A stretch of 64,000 nt of DNA from Candidatus Woesebacteria bacterium (GCA_963716475.1 OY970314.1:354981-418980), one strand, 5' to 3'. Shown: positions 27,149 to 35,961, numbered from the stretch's first letter. The notes: generated from the sequence alone by a model not told the origin. A program made the numbers and translations.

Positions 27149-29074
27149 TCATGCACCCCAACCCCAATCAATTTCCCTGTAGTTAATATTTTTACACCTG
27201 GGACATCGTGCCGATAGGGTAAGGTTCCCATAATTTAGCTTTACCTTTATGGGAATTTGATTCGCCGTCCACAGGCTGACCACATTATTATGCGCGAACT
27301 TATAAAGCGTTCTTTCTCCACAAAAATCGCACTTCCACTCACCAACTTTAATTTTTGACCAGTCTTGCCCAATATCCAAGGCCCCAGATTCAATCCTTGC
27401 TAAACACTCATCACAAATAGGAGTATCCGAGACCTGACTATCACCGTGTTGTTGATGTCTAATTACCGGTTTTGCTCTACATACTCTACAGAACAGAAGC
27501 TCCATTTGGAATTCAATATCGGAAAGCTCAGCGCCCTTATTTTGCCAGTGCTGAGCGTTCTTGTGGACCTTTTGATATTCCTTGTTATAGAAATCTAGCT
27601 GTTTTTCTCTGGTCAAAGTTTTTAATTTTTCGCTTCGCTTAGACCAAAAAAAATTGCCAAAATTATGCTCCTCATCCCAAGCTTTGTTTTCTTTTTCCCT
27701 TATCTTTTTATGACAGACTTCAAGTATTTCCCATAACTCTCTTTTTAGGTCACTAAGCCTGAAGTCTATGGCATTATGTATTTCGCTTTTAACAAAAAGT
27801 TCATAATCCTCCTTTTTGGCCTCCTCGGAAGTAATTTCCTTCTTTTGCAGCTTCTGCCATATTTCATCGTCCCAAAGACTAAGAAACCCGCGTTTATTTT
27901 CAGCTAATTCTTTCGTGGCTTGTCGTAAAACCTGTTCAACTGATAACTTGGTATTCGGGTCCAGGTCGTCGATTGTTAAACTTTCCTCAAGCTCGATTGG
28001 TCTAACACCGTTGGCAATAAAGTGCATATCTCCATACCTTTTTTCATAATCCTTTAGTTCTTCCTCGAAGCCCTTAATTCTAGTTTGTACTTCATCATCG
28101 GCAAACTCTTTGTTGTCCGCCTTCGCTGCCCATATCTTAAAACCCAAGACGGTTGCCCAAATTGATTTCGTTTCAGTTCCGTGGACATACTCGCTTTTTG
28201 GTGCAAGGTATGGACGAATACCCCTATCTCCATAAAGTAACTCAAAGATGGGTGGCAATTTTTTACCAAATACAGCCTCCGCGACCTCTAAAACTAGGTC
28301 ATAAACTGTATATAGCTCCTGGGCTAGCATTGCACCACCTTTAAATAAATCCCTTCGCCATTGCGGATGAAGATGGATGTAGTAATACCAATTTTCAAGC
28401 GGGTCAATCTGGATAGCAACTTCAGCAATTGTCTTCAAAAGGACGTTGAGATCGGATTCAGAAAGCGAATACTTCTTTAATAATTCTGGCCTACCTTTAA
28501 TAAGTGAAGTATCAAAATATAATTCCGGTGCACCGTTAAAATGCCGTTCCTTGTACCGGCTAAATCTTTGGTACCTCGAACTTTTAAGAGAGTGGAGTAG
28601 TCTCAAAAAATTATTAAAATTTACACATAGATCAACCACATTATTAGGAAACGATTTACTACCCCTCTTGGCAATTGTTATGTTGAAAGCAAATCCAGAA
28701 GCCCCCCAACTAACCATTCTGAACGCTTGTTGTTTGTAAAAGTCTAAATCCTCATTGACCCAAAGTTTTCCTTCGTGAACTTGGTTTTTTGACAACGCGG
28801 TAATTATAAAAATTTGATGGGGACTATAATAATTAACTAAAGCTCCTTTTTCTGCCCCATTTTCGTGAACTTTTTCTTTAACCTGAAGTAGTGGTTCTAA
28901 AAACCCATCGGATTCTGCTGCTCTTAGAAAACTCTCATCTACATTGTTAATTTTTTCAGTGCGGGAGTAATCATATTTACAGAACTCTATAAAAGATTTT
29001 TCCGAAAGTAACTTCTCCTTTATAATTTCAAATGGATATTTATTCTCATCTTTAGTACTCATATTTATATTCAC
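27149..29074 (-). CDS. hypothetical 641-aa protein with C-terminal multi-zinc-ribbon module
   Basis: CRVCRAK...CDEC, CDFCGERT and CPRCKNINY CxxC pairs in the last 120 aa. Confidence 0.4.
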   Translation of the reverse strand: MNINMSTKDENKYPFEIIKEKLLSEKSFIEFCKYDYSRTEKINNVDESFLRAAESDGFLEPLLQVKEKVHENGAEKGALVNYYSPHQIFIITALSKNQVHEGKLWVNEDLDFYKQQAFRMVSWGASGFAFNITIAKRGSKSFPNNVVDLCVNFNNFLRLLHSLKSSRYQRFSRYKERHFNGAPELYFDTSLIKGRPELLKKYSLSESDLNVLLKTIAEVAIQIDPLENWYYYIHLHPQWRRDLFKGGAMLAQELYTVYDLVLEVAEAVFGKKLPPIFELLYGDRGIRPYLAPKSEYVHGTETKSIWATVLGFKIWAAKADNKEFADDEVQTRIKGFEEELKDYEKRYGDMHFIANGVRPIELEESLTIDDLDPNTKLSVEQVLRQATKELAENKRGFLSLWDDEIWQKLQKKEITSEEAKKEDYELFVKSEIHNAIDFRLSDLKRELWEILEVCHKKIREKENKAWDEEHNFGNFFWSKRSEKLKTLTREKQLDFYNKEYQKVHKNAQHWQNKGAELSDIEFQMELLFCRVCRAKPVIRHQQHGDSQVSDTPICDECLARIESGALDIGQDWSKIKVGEWKCDFCGERTLYKFAHNNVVSLWTANQIPIKVKLNYGNLTLSARCPRCKNINYREIDWGWGA

Positions 29075-29136
29075 AAAAAAACCCGTTTATCACGGGCAGT
29101 GTAATATCTGTATTTTACGCCTTTCCAAATAAAACG

Positions 29137-29997
29137 CTACTTAGCTGGAGATGCTTTATTCAAAAATTCTGAAATAATATTTACCGGAATTATTACGCCA
29201 AGGTTTTGATAGTTGCCAGTTAAAACAGCTGAAGGAATTCCAACCATGCAATCATTTTGATCAACAGCAAGCCCTCCTGAATTTCCATTATCTATATTGG
29301 CAGACGTTAGGATATCCCCATCATCAGAAAAACTACTTATGATTCCGTCTGTAATGGTTAGATTGTATCCGCCACTTGTAACTGGATAACCATAAATCCT
29401 AACTGCGTCACCCAATTTTGGACTATTGTTTTTGCAACTACTAGGGAACACAAAAGCAGAAAAAGTTTTAGGGTAGGTACCCCAAACCTTCCCGTCCGAA
29501 TCCTTATAAGCAGAGGTTACTACCAATACTGCCATATCATATTGCTTACTCAATTTAGGAACAATATATGGCTCTGCATTGTAGATTTCAGCGGGGGCAC
29601 CAGTATTTGGGTCAGGCAAGCTAACCAAACAGCCTTTTGAACCAGCTATAACATGATTGTTTGTTAATATCGTTCCGTCCGTTAACCATATTGTTCCTGA
29701 TCCTCCTTCTTTGTTATCGCAAAATACGTTGACAACAGAAGATGCTACATTATACGGTACGGTCGGGCTAGGTGACCCACCAGACGGTGTGTTGGAATTG
29801 GGAGAATTTTGAGAGTAGGCAATTATAAAAATTACCAATAGTATTAAAAAAACTAAAATTAATCCCTTTCTACGTTTAATCCACCCGCCTAAACGGTACT
29901 TCAATCTTGAGAGTCTCCTCCATACGATTTTCTGCCCACAATTCGGGCAGAATCTTTCATCCGACTTAATTTGATTGCCACAATTTTTACAATACAT
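29137..29997 (-). CDS. N-terminal zinc-ribbon + TM + trypsin-like (S1) serine protease
   Basis: MYCKNCGNQIKSDERFCPNCGQ zinc ribbon and a TM helix. Candidate S1 triad motifs LTNNHV (His), DMAVLVV (Asp) and GNSGG (Ser). Confidence 0.55.
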   Translation of the reverse strand: MYCKNCGNQIKSDERFCPNCGQKIVWRRLSRLKYRLGGWIKRRKGLILVFLILLVIFIIAYSQNSPNSNTPSGGSPSPTVPYNVASSVVNVFCDNKEGGSGTIWLTDGTILTNNHVIAGSKGCLVSLPDPNTGAPAEIYNAEPYIVPKLSKQYDMAVLVVTSAYKDSDGKVWGTYPKTFSAFVFPSSCKNNSPKLGDAVRIYGYPVTSGGYNLTITDGIISSFSDDGDILTSANIDNGNSGGLAVDQNDCMVGIPSAVLTGNYQNLGVIIPVNIISEFLNKASPAK

Positions 29998-30008
29998 AAT
30001 AAACTTTC

Positions 30009-30383
30009 TTAATCCTCTCTCATTCCGATTGTTGGAACAAAGCGCCCTATGTTATTAATAAGGTATATTGGCGTAAGAAAAAAAGAAATCATACCCCACC
30101 ATCCAAGGAAAAGCGTAGTTAGAGTCCTCTTTTTAAACTCACGATTTATACATTTTTTACAAAGATTGCCTTTTATAGACGAACTCTGACGCATAACCAG
30201 CATGCCTATATTTTGGTAAAACTCGACATATTTTGTTGGAGTAAGGCTGCCACACACCTGACAATGGTTATTAGTCGGTCCAAAAACCGGCGAAGAGGGA
30301 TTATTCTTATTAATTATTGTTCCACAATGCTGACAGAAGTTGTTGCTTTTAGGATTGCTTTTTCCACATTTTTCGCAGAACAT
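30009..30383 (-). CDS. zinc-ribbon membrane protein (paralogous N-terminal DZR-like domain)
   Basis: MFCEKCGKSNPKSNNFCQHCG plus further CxxC pairs and a C-terminal TM helix. Confidence 0.45.
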   Translation of the reverse strand: MFCEKCGKSNPKSNNFCQHCGTIINKNNPSSPVFGPTNNHCQVCGSLTPTKYVEFYQNIGMLVMRQSSSIKGNLCKKCINREFKKRTLTTLFLGWWGMISFFLTPIYLINNIGRFVPTIGMRED

Positions 30384-30509
30384 AATCTTTGAGAAATTTG
30401 CCTAAACTACCCCCAAATTGAATTGTACTCTAAAAATAAATCCATTTCTTAGATTTTATTGAAAAATAGGTGTAGAATCAATTTGGTTGGGTAGTCTAAA
30501 ATAAATAAT

Positions 30510-31133
30510 ATGTACTGCAGTAATTGTGGGAAACACAACTCCGAAGGCAGTAAGTTTTGCGAACACTGTGGCTCACAGCTTATAAAAGACTCTGCAGAAA
30601 ATAAATCCGTTAGCCAGGCTAAGGCTGTAGTTGATCCCCCAAAAACAGAAAATAAGGAGCCTTTGCCAAAAGATAAAAAAGTAAATGCTGGACTTGGGGG
30701 CTGGTTGGCATTAGTTGGACTAGGAATGATCGTGGGGGTTGTTTGGCAAAGCTACAGCATATTTGGATATTTTTCCTATTTATCAAATACTTATACTATT
30801 CCTGGTTACTCAAGTCTTTTATGGTTTGAGTTTTTAATAGGAGTCGCCTTTATAGGTTCTCTTGTTTATCTAATCTATTTATATTTCAAAAAGAAGAAGA
30901 ATTTTCCGAAATACTATGTTTTTTATTTAATCGCCTCTATAGTTTTTGCATTATTGGATTGGCTCTGGGTAGCTTCATTACAGGCTCCGACTCAAGAACT
31001 TCAAAAAATACTAAACGACACGGTAACGCAAAATTCAAGCAATGTATCCCGAACCGTAGTGCAATCAGTAATTTGGATTTTGTATATGTTAAAGTCGAAA
31101 CAGGTTAAGGCAACTTTTATTGAAGATAAATAA
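30510..31133 (+). CDS. zinc-ribbon membrane protein (paralogous N-terminal DZR-like domain)
   Basis: MYCSNCGKHNSEGSKFCEHCGS followed by 4 TM helices. Confidence 0.5.
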   Translation: MYCSNCGKHNSEGSKFCEHCGSQLIKDSAENKSVSQAKAVVDPPKTENKEPLPKDKKVNAGLGGWLALVGLGMIVGVVWQSYSIFGYFSYLSNTYTIPGYSSLLWFEFLIGVAFIGSLVYLIYLYFKKKKNFPKYYVFYLIASIVFALLDWLWVASLQAPTQELQKILNDTVTQNSSNVSRTVVQSVIWILYMLKSKQVKATFIEDK

Positions 31134-31141
31134 ACTAAACT

Positions 31142-31741
31142 ATGAAAATTATTAAGCAAGTCGTCTATGTTGTAGCAGCGCTGGCAGCATTCGGTTTGGT
31201 CAGGTGGGGTATTTCAGCTCTTCAAACTAACAATGCCAGTAATAACACTGCCAATTATTTTACAAATGAGACTTGGCAACCATTTAACTCAACAGAAGGC
31301 GGTTTTAGTATTAACTTTCCTAAATATCCAACAACCAATCCCTCAGAAACCCAAAGCACGGGTGGTGTGACCTACGTTTCTACACAATATAGCGCCGAGG
31401 GCAGTGACGGAGATAGTTATGTTGCTATTTACGGTTATTACCCAAATCTTTTATCAAATAAATACAATGCAAAAAGTGGAATTGAAGGTAGCATTAACGG
31501 TATGGTTAGCTCAGATAAATCGAACCAGTTAATATCCTCAAACTTTGTGAATGTCGGTAGCCATCAGGGAGCGGATTACGTAATTTACAATAAAGACGTG
31601 GCTTCTTATTTGAGAGGAAGAGTAATTGTTGTTTTAGAAGGAAGTAATCCTGTCAAAATATATATCCTCATGGATGCGTCAAAAAACGCAAACGCCACAG
31701 ACAACTATACAAAATTTATTAACAGTTTTGAGATTCAATAG
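31142..31741 (+). CDS. secreted hypothetical protein
   Basis: Signal/TM N-terminus with a Ser/Asn/Thr-rich body. Confidence 0.4.
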   Translation: MKIIKQVVYVVAALAAFGLVRWGISALQTNNASNNTANYFTNETWQPFNSTEGGFSINFPKYPTTNPSETQSTGGVTYVSTQYSAEGSDGDSYVAIYGYYPNLLSNKYNAKSGIEGSINGMVSSDKSNQLISSNFVNVGSHQGADYVIYNKDVASYLRGRVIVVLEGSNPVKIYILMDASKNANATDNYTKFINSFEIQ

Positions 31742-31742
31742 T

Positions 31743-31762
31743 TAGTGAGTTGGAGTGGGGGG
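31743..31762 (+). repeat. intergenic motif TAGTGAGTTGGAGTGGGGGG (copy 1 of 4)
   Basis: Same motif at 32688..32709, 34949..34965 and 35753..35770, all in plus orientation. Confidence 0.5.
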
Positions 31763-31807
31763 TATTTCTTAGGTTTTCCTGAAAAAGTGGTGTAAAATCG
31801 ACTTGTT

Positions 31808-32671
31808 ATGAGTAAAGGGAAAGCTCGAACCAAAAAATCTCAAAAAGTTAGCGAAAAAACCACTATTTTCTCCACTTCGGCAAAGTATCTAATGGCCATA
31901 ATTGTTGCTCTTGGTTTTGTTGCGGCATTTTCTGTATATGCAAAAGCCCAATTGGAAAAAAGTCCTTTTCTCGCAAGCCCAACACCAATTGCTCTCCCCA
32001 CCTTCACACCTATCCCCGTGACACCCACGCCTACAGTTGATCCTAACCCGATAATTACCTGCAATATCAATGTCAGTTGTGGGGGTGGTTCAAAACAATT
32101 GAGACAGAGTGTCTGTAACAACATGATATGTTGCCTCTACAGTACTGAGTGCGGTGGGCCAAAATTTGTAGCAAAGAGTCAATGTCCTGCGAACGGGACA
32201 TGCTGCCAGGTTGGAAATAAATGGACTTATTACTTATCGAAAGATAAGTGCACACAGGATCAAAATGCTTACAATTCCAGTGTCAACCAAAACAATAACA
32301 CTTATATTCCGTCTACCTATACGCCACCAACCTACTATACGTGTACCCTTTATTATCCCGCATTAAAATTATATCAAACATACACTTCACTTTATAAAAC
32401 AAAGGCTGAATGTGATTCCGCCCAGGCTTCTCTCAACCAAGGTTCACAAACGGTTCAATATACAGCTCCCACAACAGCTCCATACCAAGCTCCACAAATG
32501 ACCAAAAGCCAGTGTCAAGCAAGTGTAAATGATAAATATGGGAGTCTTATGCGCAGTTATGGGTGCTACTATCCGTGCCCGGCCACCGGAGACTGTGGAA
32601 GCTCCTCAGTGTGTGAAGCTTATTGGTATCAAGCTCAAAAAGACATGAACAGCTGCAATCAATATCCCTAG
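31808..32671 (+). CDS. secreted Cys-rich, Pro/Thr-linker protein
   Basis: N-terminal TM segment, a PT-rich linker and more than 25 Cys. Confidence 0.45.
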   Translation: MSKGKARTKKSQKVSEKTTIFSTSAKYLMAIIVALGFVAAFSVYAKAQLEKSPFLASPTPIALPTFTPIPVTPTPTVDPNPIITCNINVSCGGGSKQLRQSVCNNMICCLYSTECGGPKFVAKSQCPANGTCCQVGNKWTYYLSKDKCTQDQNAYNSSVNQNNNTYIPSTYTPPTYYTCTLYYPALKLYQTYTSLYKTKAECDSAQASLNQGSQTVQYTAPTTAPYQAPQMTKSQCQASVNDKYGSLMRSYGCYYPCPATGDCGSSSVCEAYWYQAQKDMNSCNQYP

Positions 32672-32687
32672 CTCGATCTATTTTATA

Positions 32688-32709
32688 AATAGTGAGTTGG
32701 GTTGTGGGG
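32688..32709 (+). repeat. intergenic motif AATAGTGAGTTGGGTTGTGGGG (copy 2 of 4)
   Basis: See 31743..31762. Confidence 0.5.
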
Positions 32710-32726
32710 TTATTGTGTTTTAAAAG

Positions 32727-34892
32727 TTAATCAATAAACTCATCTAGTATTTTTAAAGCTTCTTCGGTCAAATTTTCTTTATAACTAGGTATTTCTATAT
32801 TAAATTTTTGAAAATAAATCTGATGAATAAACTTTATTAACTTCTCATCTAAATAACCGTGCGTATGAAGAGATGAGCTCTTAGCATCCTTTGACCTAAA
32901 ACCATTTAAAAATAACTTACCCATACCACAATATATGACAAAGATTTCGGTTAAAATCTCATTTTCCTGCTCGTCGTCAAGTGTAATTTTTTCCTCATGA
33001 ATTAAAATATAGTGTGCCAATTCATGAGCCAAAATATACCCAAACCCAAATGGGTCTTTTGTGAATAATTTTGGGATACTAATTTTTGAACCAGAAATAA
33101 AGCCTCCGATTCCTTGTTCCTCGAAAAACTTTGACTCTGCCATTTCTACGTCTGGTAAACTTTTCAGGTTTAGAATACGACCCAAATAACGCAGCGCCTT
33201 AAATGGATCACCCTCTTTAAGCATTGAGTAAAAAGCCCCATCTGGTTCAAAAACTGTTATCTCTTTGTTTTCCAGGACTGCATTAAGATAATTAAATTGA
33301 TTTAATACATACTGGCGAATATCTTTACCTTTTATCCCAATTTCAAATCCAGTACCACCAAAAGAAAATGTGTTCCCTTTTTGGACAAATAATTTTTGCC
33401 CACTTTCTGAATATGCCTCTAAACCTATTTCCATATCTGCTCCGACATTAACCCTTATTTCAATAACTCTGTTATTCAATGCTTGAATTTTCCATACGTT
33501 AAGGCTTTGAAAAACGTCCCCCTCTTTTGTAGTTAGGTGGATTTCCACAAATTTTGATTTGTTCTCACCTGTTATCTCGAATGTGTGATTCTTGGATGTC
33601 GGAATTGCTGAATCTTTTCTTGTCATTTCTATAAATTCACCGCCAGACAACCTTACAAGAATAGAAAATGGAATAACTTCAAGAGCAAGAAAATTTGTTA
33701 CCTTACCGGTTAGTACTCTGGAATAATTAAAAGCTCCTATAGCGAGTAATTTTTCATTTCCAAAAGCCACACCTGCTCCGACAAAAGCTTTATGAACAAG
33801 CTCTTTTATGCTTTGTTGAATAAATGAATCGCCAAGAATAATTATGCTTTCGAAATTTTTCTTTTTCTCTACTTCAAATATCTCAGAGGCCAACTTCTCT
33901 ACTGATTTAACCAGATCGTCAAAAGTCGTGGCCAAAAAGTTATGAAGTGCGCCCAGGTTAATTTTTGTATCAAGAGTTTGAAAGCTTCCATCTTTACATA
34001 GGACAAATGGTAGATTTAGCTCATATGTTTCCTCAACTTGTGACGTTTTCAGAAATTCATTGACTGCGTCTAAAATCCGTACAATATTTTTTGGGTCTTC
34101 TAACGCGAAGTTGCGAGAATCTTTGCCAATCTCGGAAATAAAAAAATCGAGCACAGTTTGCTCTATTTTTCTTCTAGTGATTGTATTTGTATATTGAGTG
34201 CCTATTGTGTACAAAACACCGTCTCCATAATTAACCAATGATACGTTTGTGTTGTCCTGGGATATAGAAACAAAAAGATATTCTGTACCCCTGTTTTTAC
34301 TATCGTTTTTTGGTTTCTTTGAAAATAATTTTTTGTATAACGGAAGTCTCGCATATTTTTGGATGGCTTGACGATCAAGATTTTTTTTCTGTTCTTCGCG
34401 GCTCAAACTCCCATGGTTCAATCTTACAAGCAAGCTGTCAATATTAGATTGACCAAAGAAGGCCGCCGGTTGGGACATTATTCTTATATCTTTTACTCCA
34501 ATTAAGGAAAAGGCTCTCTCTATTAAACTATGCCAATAATAATATTTATCATAAGGAATGGTTATACAAACATTATCAATTCCATCGTCGGGGAGATAGG
34601 TTTTGATTTTATTTAATATAGATGCAAATATAACTGCCAAGCACCTTTCAACACTTATTTGTTCCTTATCAATAACTACACCGTTCAATTCAATAATCTG
34701 GTCCAAATCATAAATTAAACTATTCTTTTCGGTAAGAAATTTATTAAAACCTTCATCGCCCGGAAAAACTTTACCGTTCACAAAAGCTAAAATGTTTCTA
34801 ACTTCATAAATTTTACAATTATCAGGATCTATTCCATTGACCAAGAACGCAGCTTTTGTGGTTTTTGTATTGAAATCAATTCCAATATTCAT
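32727..34892 (-). CDS. DnaK-like Hsp70 (nucleotide-binding + substrate-binding domains) fused to a C-terminal ImmA/IrrE-type HExxH metallopeptidase domain
   Basis: Hsp70 signatures in order: IGIDFNTKTTKAAF, ITIPYDKYYYWHSLIERAFSLIGVKDIRIMSQPAAFFG, ILGDSFIQQSIKELV, and SBD-like LEVIPFSILVRLSGGEFIEMTRKDSAIPTSK. C-terminal LAHELAHYILIHEE. Confidence 0.55.
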   Translation of the reverse strand: MNIGIDFNTKTTKAAFLVNGIDPDNCKIYEVRNILAFVNGKVFPGDEGFNKFLTEKNSLIYDLDQIIELNGVVIDKEQISVERCLAVIFASILNKIKTYLPDDGIDNVCITIPYDKYYYWHSLIERAFSLIGVKDIRIMSQPAAFFGQSNIDSLLVRLNHGSLSREEQKKNLDRQAIQKYARLPLYKKLFSKKPKNDSKNRGTEYLFVSISQDNTNVSLVNYGDGVLYTIGTQYTNTITRRKIEQTVLDFFISEIGKDSRNFALEDPKNIVRILDAVNEFLKTSQVEETYELNLPFVLCKDGSFQTLDTKINLGALHNFLATTFDDLVKSVEKLASEIFEVEKKKNFESIIILGDSFIQQSIKELVHKAFVGAGVAFGNEKLLAIGAFNYSRVLTGKVTNFLALEVIPFSILVRLSGGEFIEMTRKDSAIPTSKNHTFEITGENKSKFVEIHLTTKEGDVFQSLNVWKIQALNNRVIEIRVNVGADMEIGLEAYSESGQKLFVQKGNTFSFGGTGFEIGIKGKDIRQYVLNQFNYLNAVLENKEITVFEPDGAFYSMLKEGDPFKALRYLGRILNLKSLPDVEMAESKFFEEQGIGGFISGSKISIPKLFTKDPFGFGYILAHELAHYILIHEEKITLDDEQENEILTEIFVIYCGMGKLFLNGFRSKDAKSSSLHTHGYLDEKLIKFIHQIYFQKFNIEIPSYKENLTEEALKILDEFID

Positions 34893-34948
34893 TTTTATTG
34901 GTATTTAGAGGGCTTATGTGAATCTTAGCATCTGGGGATAAAAATAAA

Positions 34949-34965
34949 CAGTGAGTTGGAGTGTG
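34949..34965 (+). repeat. intergenic motif CAGTGAGTTGGAGTGTG (copy 3 of 4)
   Basis: See 31743..31762. Confidence 0.5.
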
Positions 34966-35015
34966 TATTCCAAAGATTTCTCCAAAAAAAGCATAGACTC
35001 TGGAAATGAATGGAA

Positions 35016-35726
35016 TTATGAAACAAATCTTATCTCAGCACCGTTTTTAATATATTTAGTAATGGTTGGTATTCCTCGTGTCTCTCCGAAAGAATCTGTA
35101 TAAATGTCCCCACCACCTTGGCGTTCAACCTCAAAACCTAAATTTTTATAATCCTCATCTTTCAAATCCCAATAACCAAAGGGGAAATCAAATAATATTG
35201 TGGGTTTCACTTTTTTATGAAAGTCTTCGTAATGTTCTTCTAAATATGCCGTGATAACGCGTGTATATTCACCACCTTCTTTTTTGATAGTTCTGTCTAC
35301 GACTCCTAGTTCAAGATAATCCTTCATTTGATCTTCGTCACCGGCCACTACTGCAGAAAATATATCGTTTTTACTGGACTCTGGTAAATAAATATCTGTA
35401 CCTCCAGAATTTTGGACAATAAAAGCATCTTCGCTGGCTAAATACACCAATTTAATAAACGCCTTCTGTGATATATTTCTATAATAATCTTTCCTCCATT
35501 TGGTTACTTCTCCCTTTGACCATTCCTTTACCGGTTTACCTTCTAATCCACTCTTAATACCAGATATTTCTGCAAATAACTTATTTTGATAAATAGCATT
35601 TGAGGCTTCTATAAAAAACTTATGTGAAGGTGTGGAGCCCCTATTAGCCTCAAGTTTTTTGATACGCTTGTCCAATACATAAAAGATATAATAAATAACT
35701 ACACCCACAATTACATAAGTCCACAT
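35016..35726 (-). CDS. hypothetical protein with N-terminal TM anchor
   Basis: 236-aa ORF with no motif. Confidence 0.4.
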   Translation of the reverse strand: MWTYVIVGVVIYYIFYVLDKRIKKLEANRGSTPSHKFFIEASNAIYQNKLFAEISGIKSGLEGKPVKEWSKGEVTKWRKDYYRNISQKAFIKLVYLASEDAFIVQNSGGTDIYLPESSKNDIFSAVVAGDEDQMKDYLELGVVDRTIKKEGGEYTRVITAYLEEHYEDFHKKVKPTILFDFPFGYWDLKDEDYKNLGFEVERQGGGDIYTDSFGETRGIPTITKYIKNGAEIRFVS

Positions 35727-35752
35727 ACTCGTATTTTACACCTTTATATGTA

Positions 35753-35770
35753 TAGTGAGTTAGGGTGAGG
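35753..35770 (+). repeat. intergenic motif TAGTGAGTTAGGGTGAGG (copy 4 of 4)
   Basis: See 31743..31762. Confidence 0.45.
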
Positions 35771-35857
35771 AATAAAGTCTCCGGTATTCGTTAAGTTCCT
35801 GAAGTTTAGAAGCTAGAATATCAGTCTCACTTGGAGTATCATTCAGATAGGCGAATA

Positions 35858-35886
35858 GGTCCGAGCCGAGTCCCGCCCTCGGCACA
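35858..35886 (+). repeat. attR-like direct repeat of the tRNA-Leu(TAA) 3' end
   Basis: AGGTCCGAG[CCGAG]TCCCGCCCTCGGCACA versus 19115..19140. A weaker third copy AAGTCCGAGTCCCGG sits at 35941..35955. Confidence 0.65.
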
Positions 35887-35961
35887 GTAAGTTCAAATTA
35901 CATAAATATTCATTTTAAACAATAAAATATAGCCTTGAATAAGTCCGAGTCCCGGAAAGAG

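Larger units (their letters stand above)
19115..35886. mobile_element. integrated element of about 16.8 kb in tRNA-Leu(TAA), carrying a serine recombinase, primase/helicase, sigma-like factor and membrane/secreted cargo
   Basis: Direct repeat GGTCCGAGTCCCGCCCTCGGCACA (19116..19140) matches 35858..35886 apart from a 5-nt insertion. The recombinase gene abuts and overlaps the tRNA 3' end. Gene content is atypical of core. Confidence 0.6.
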
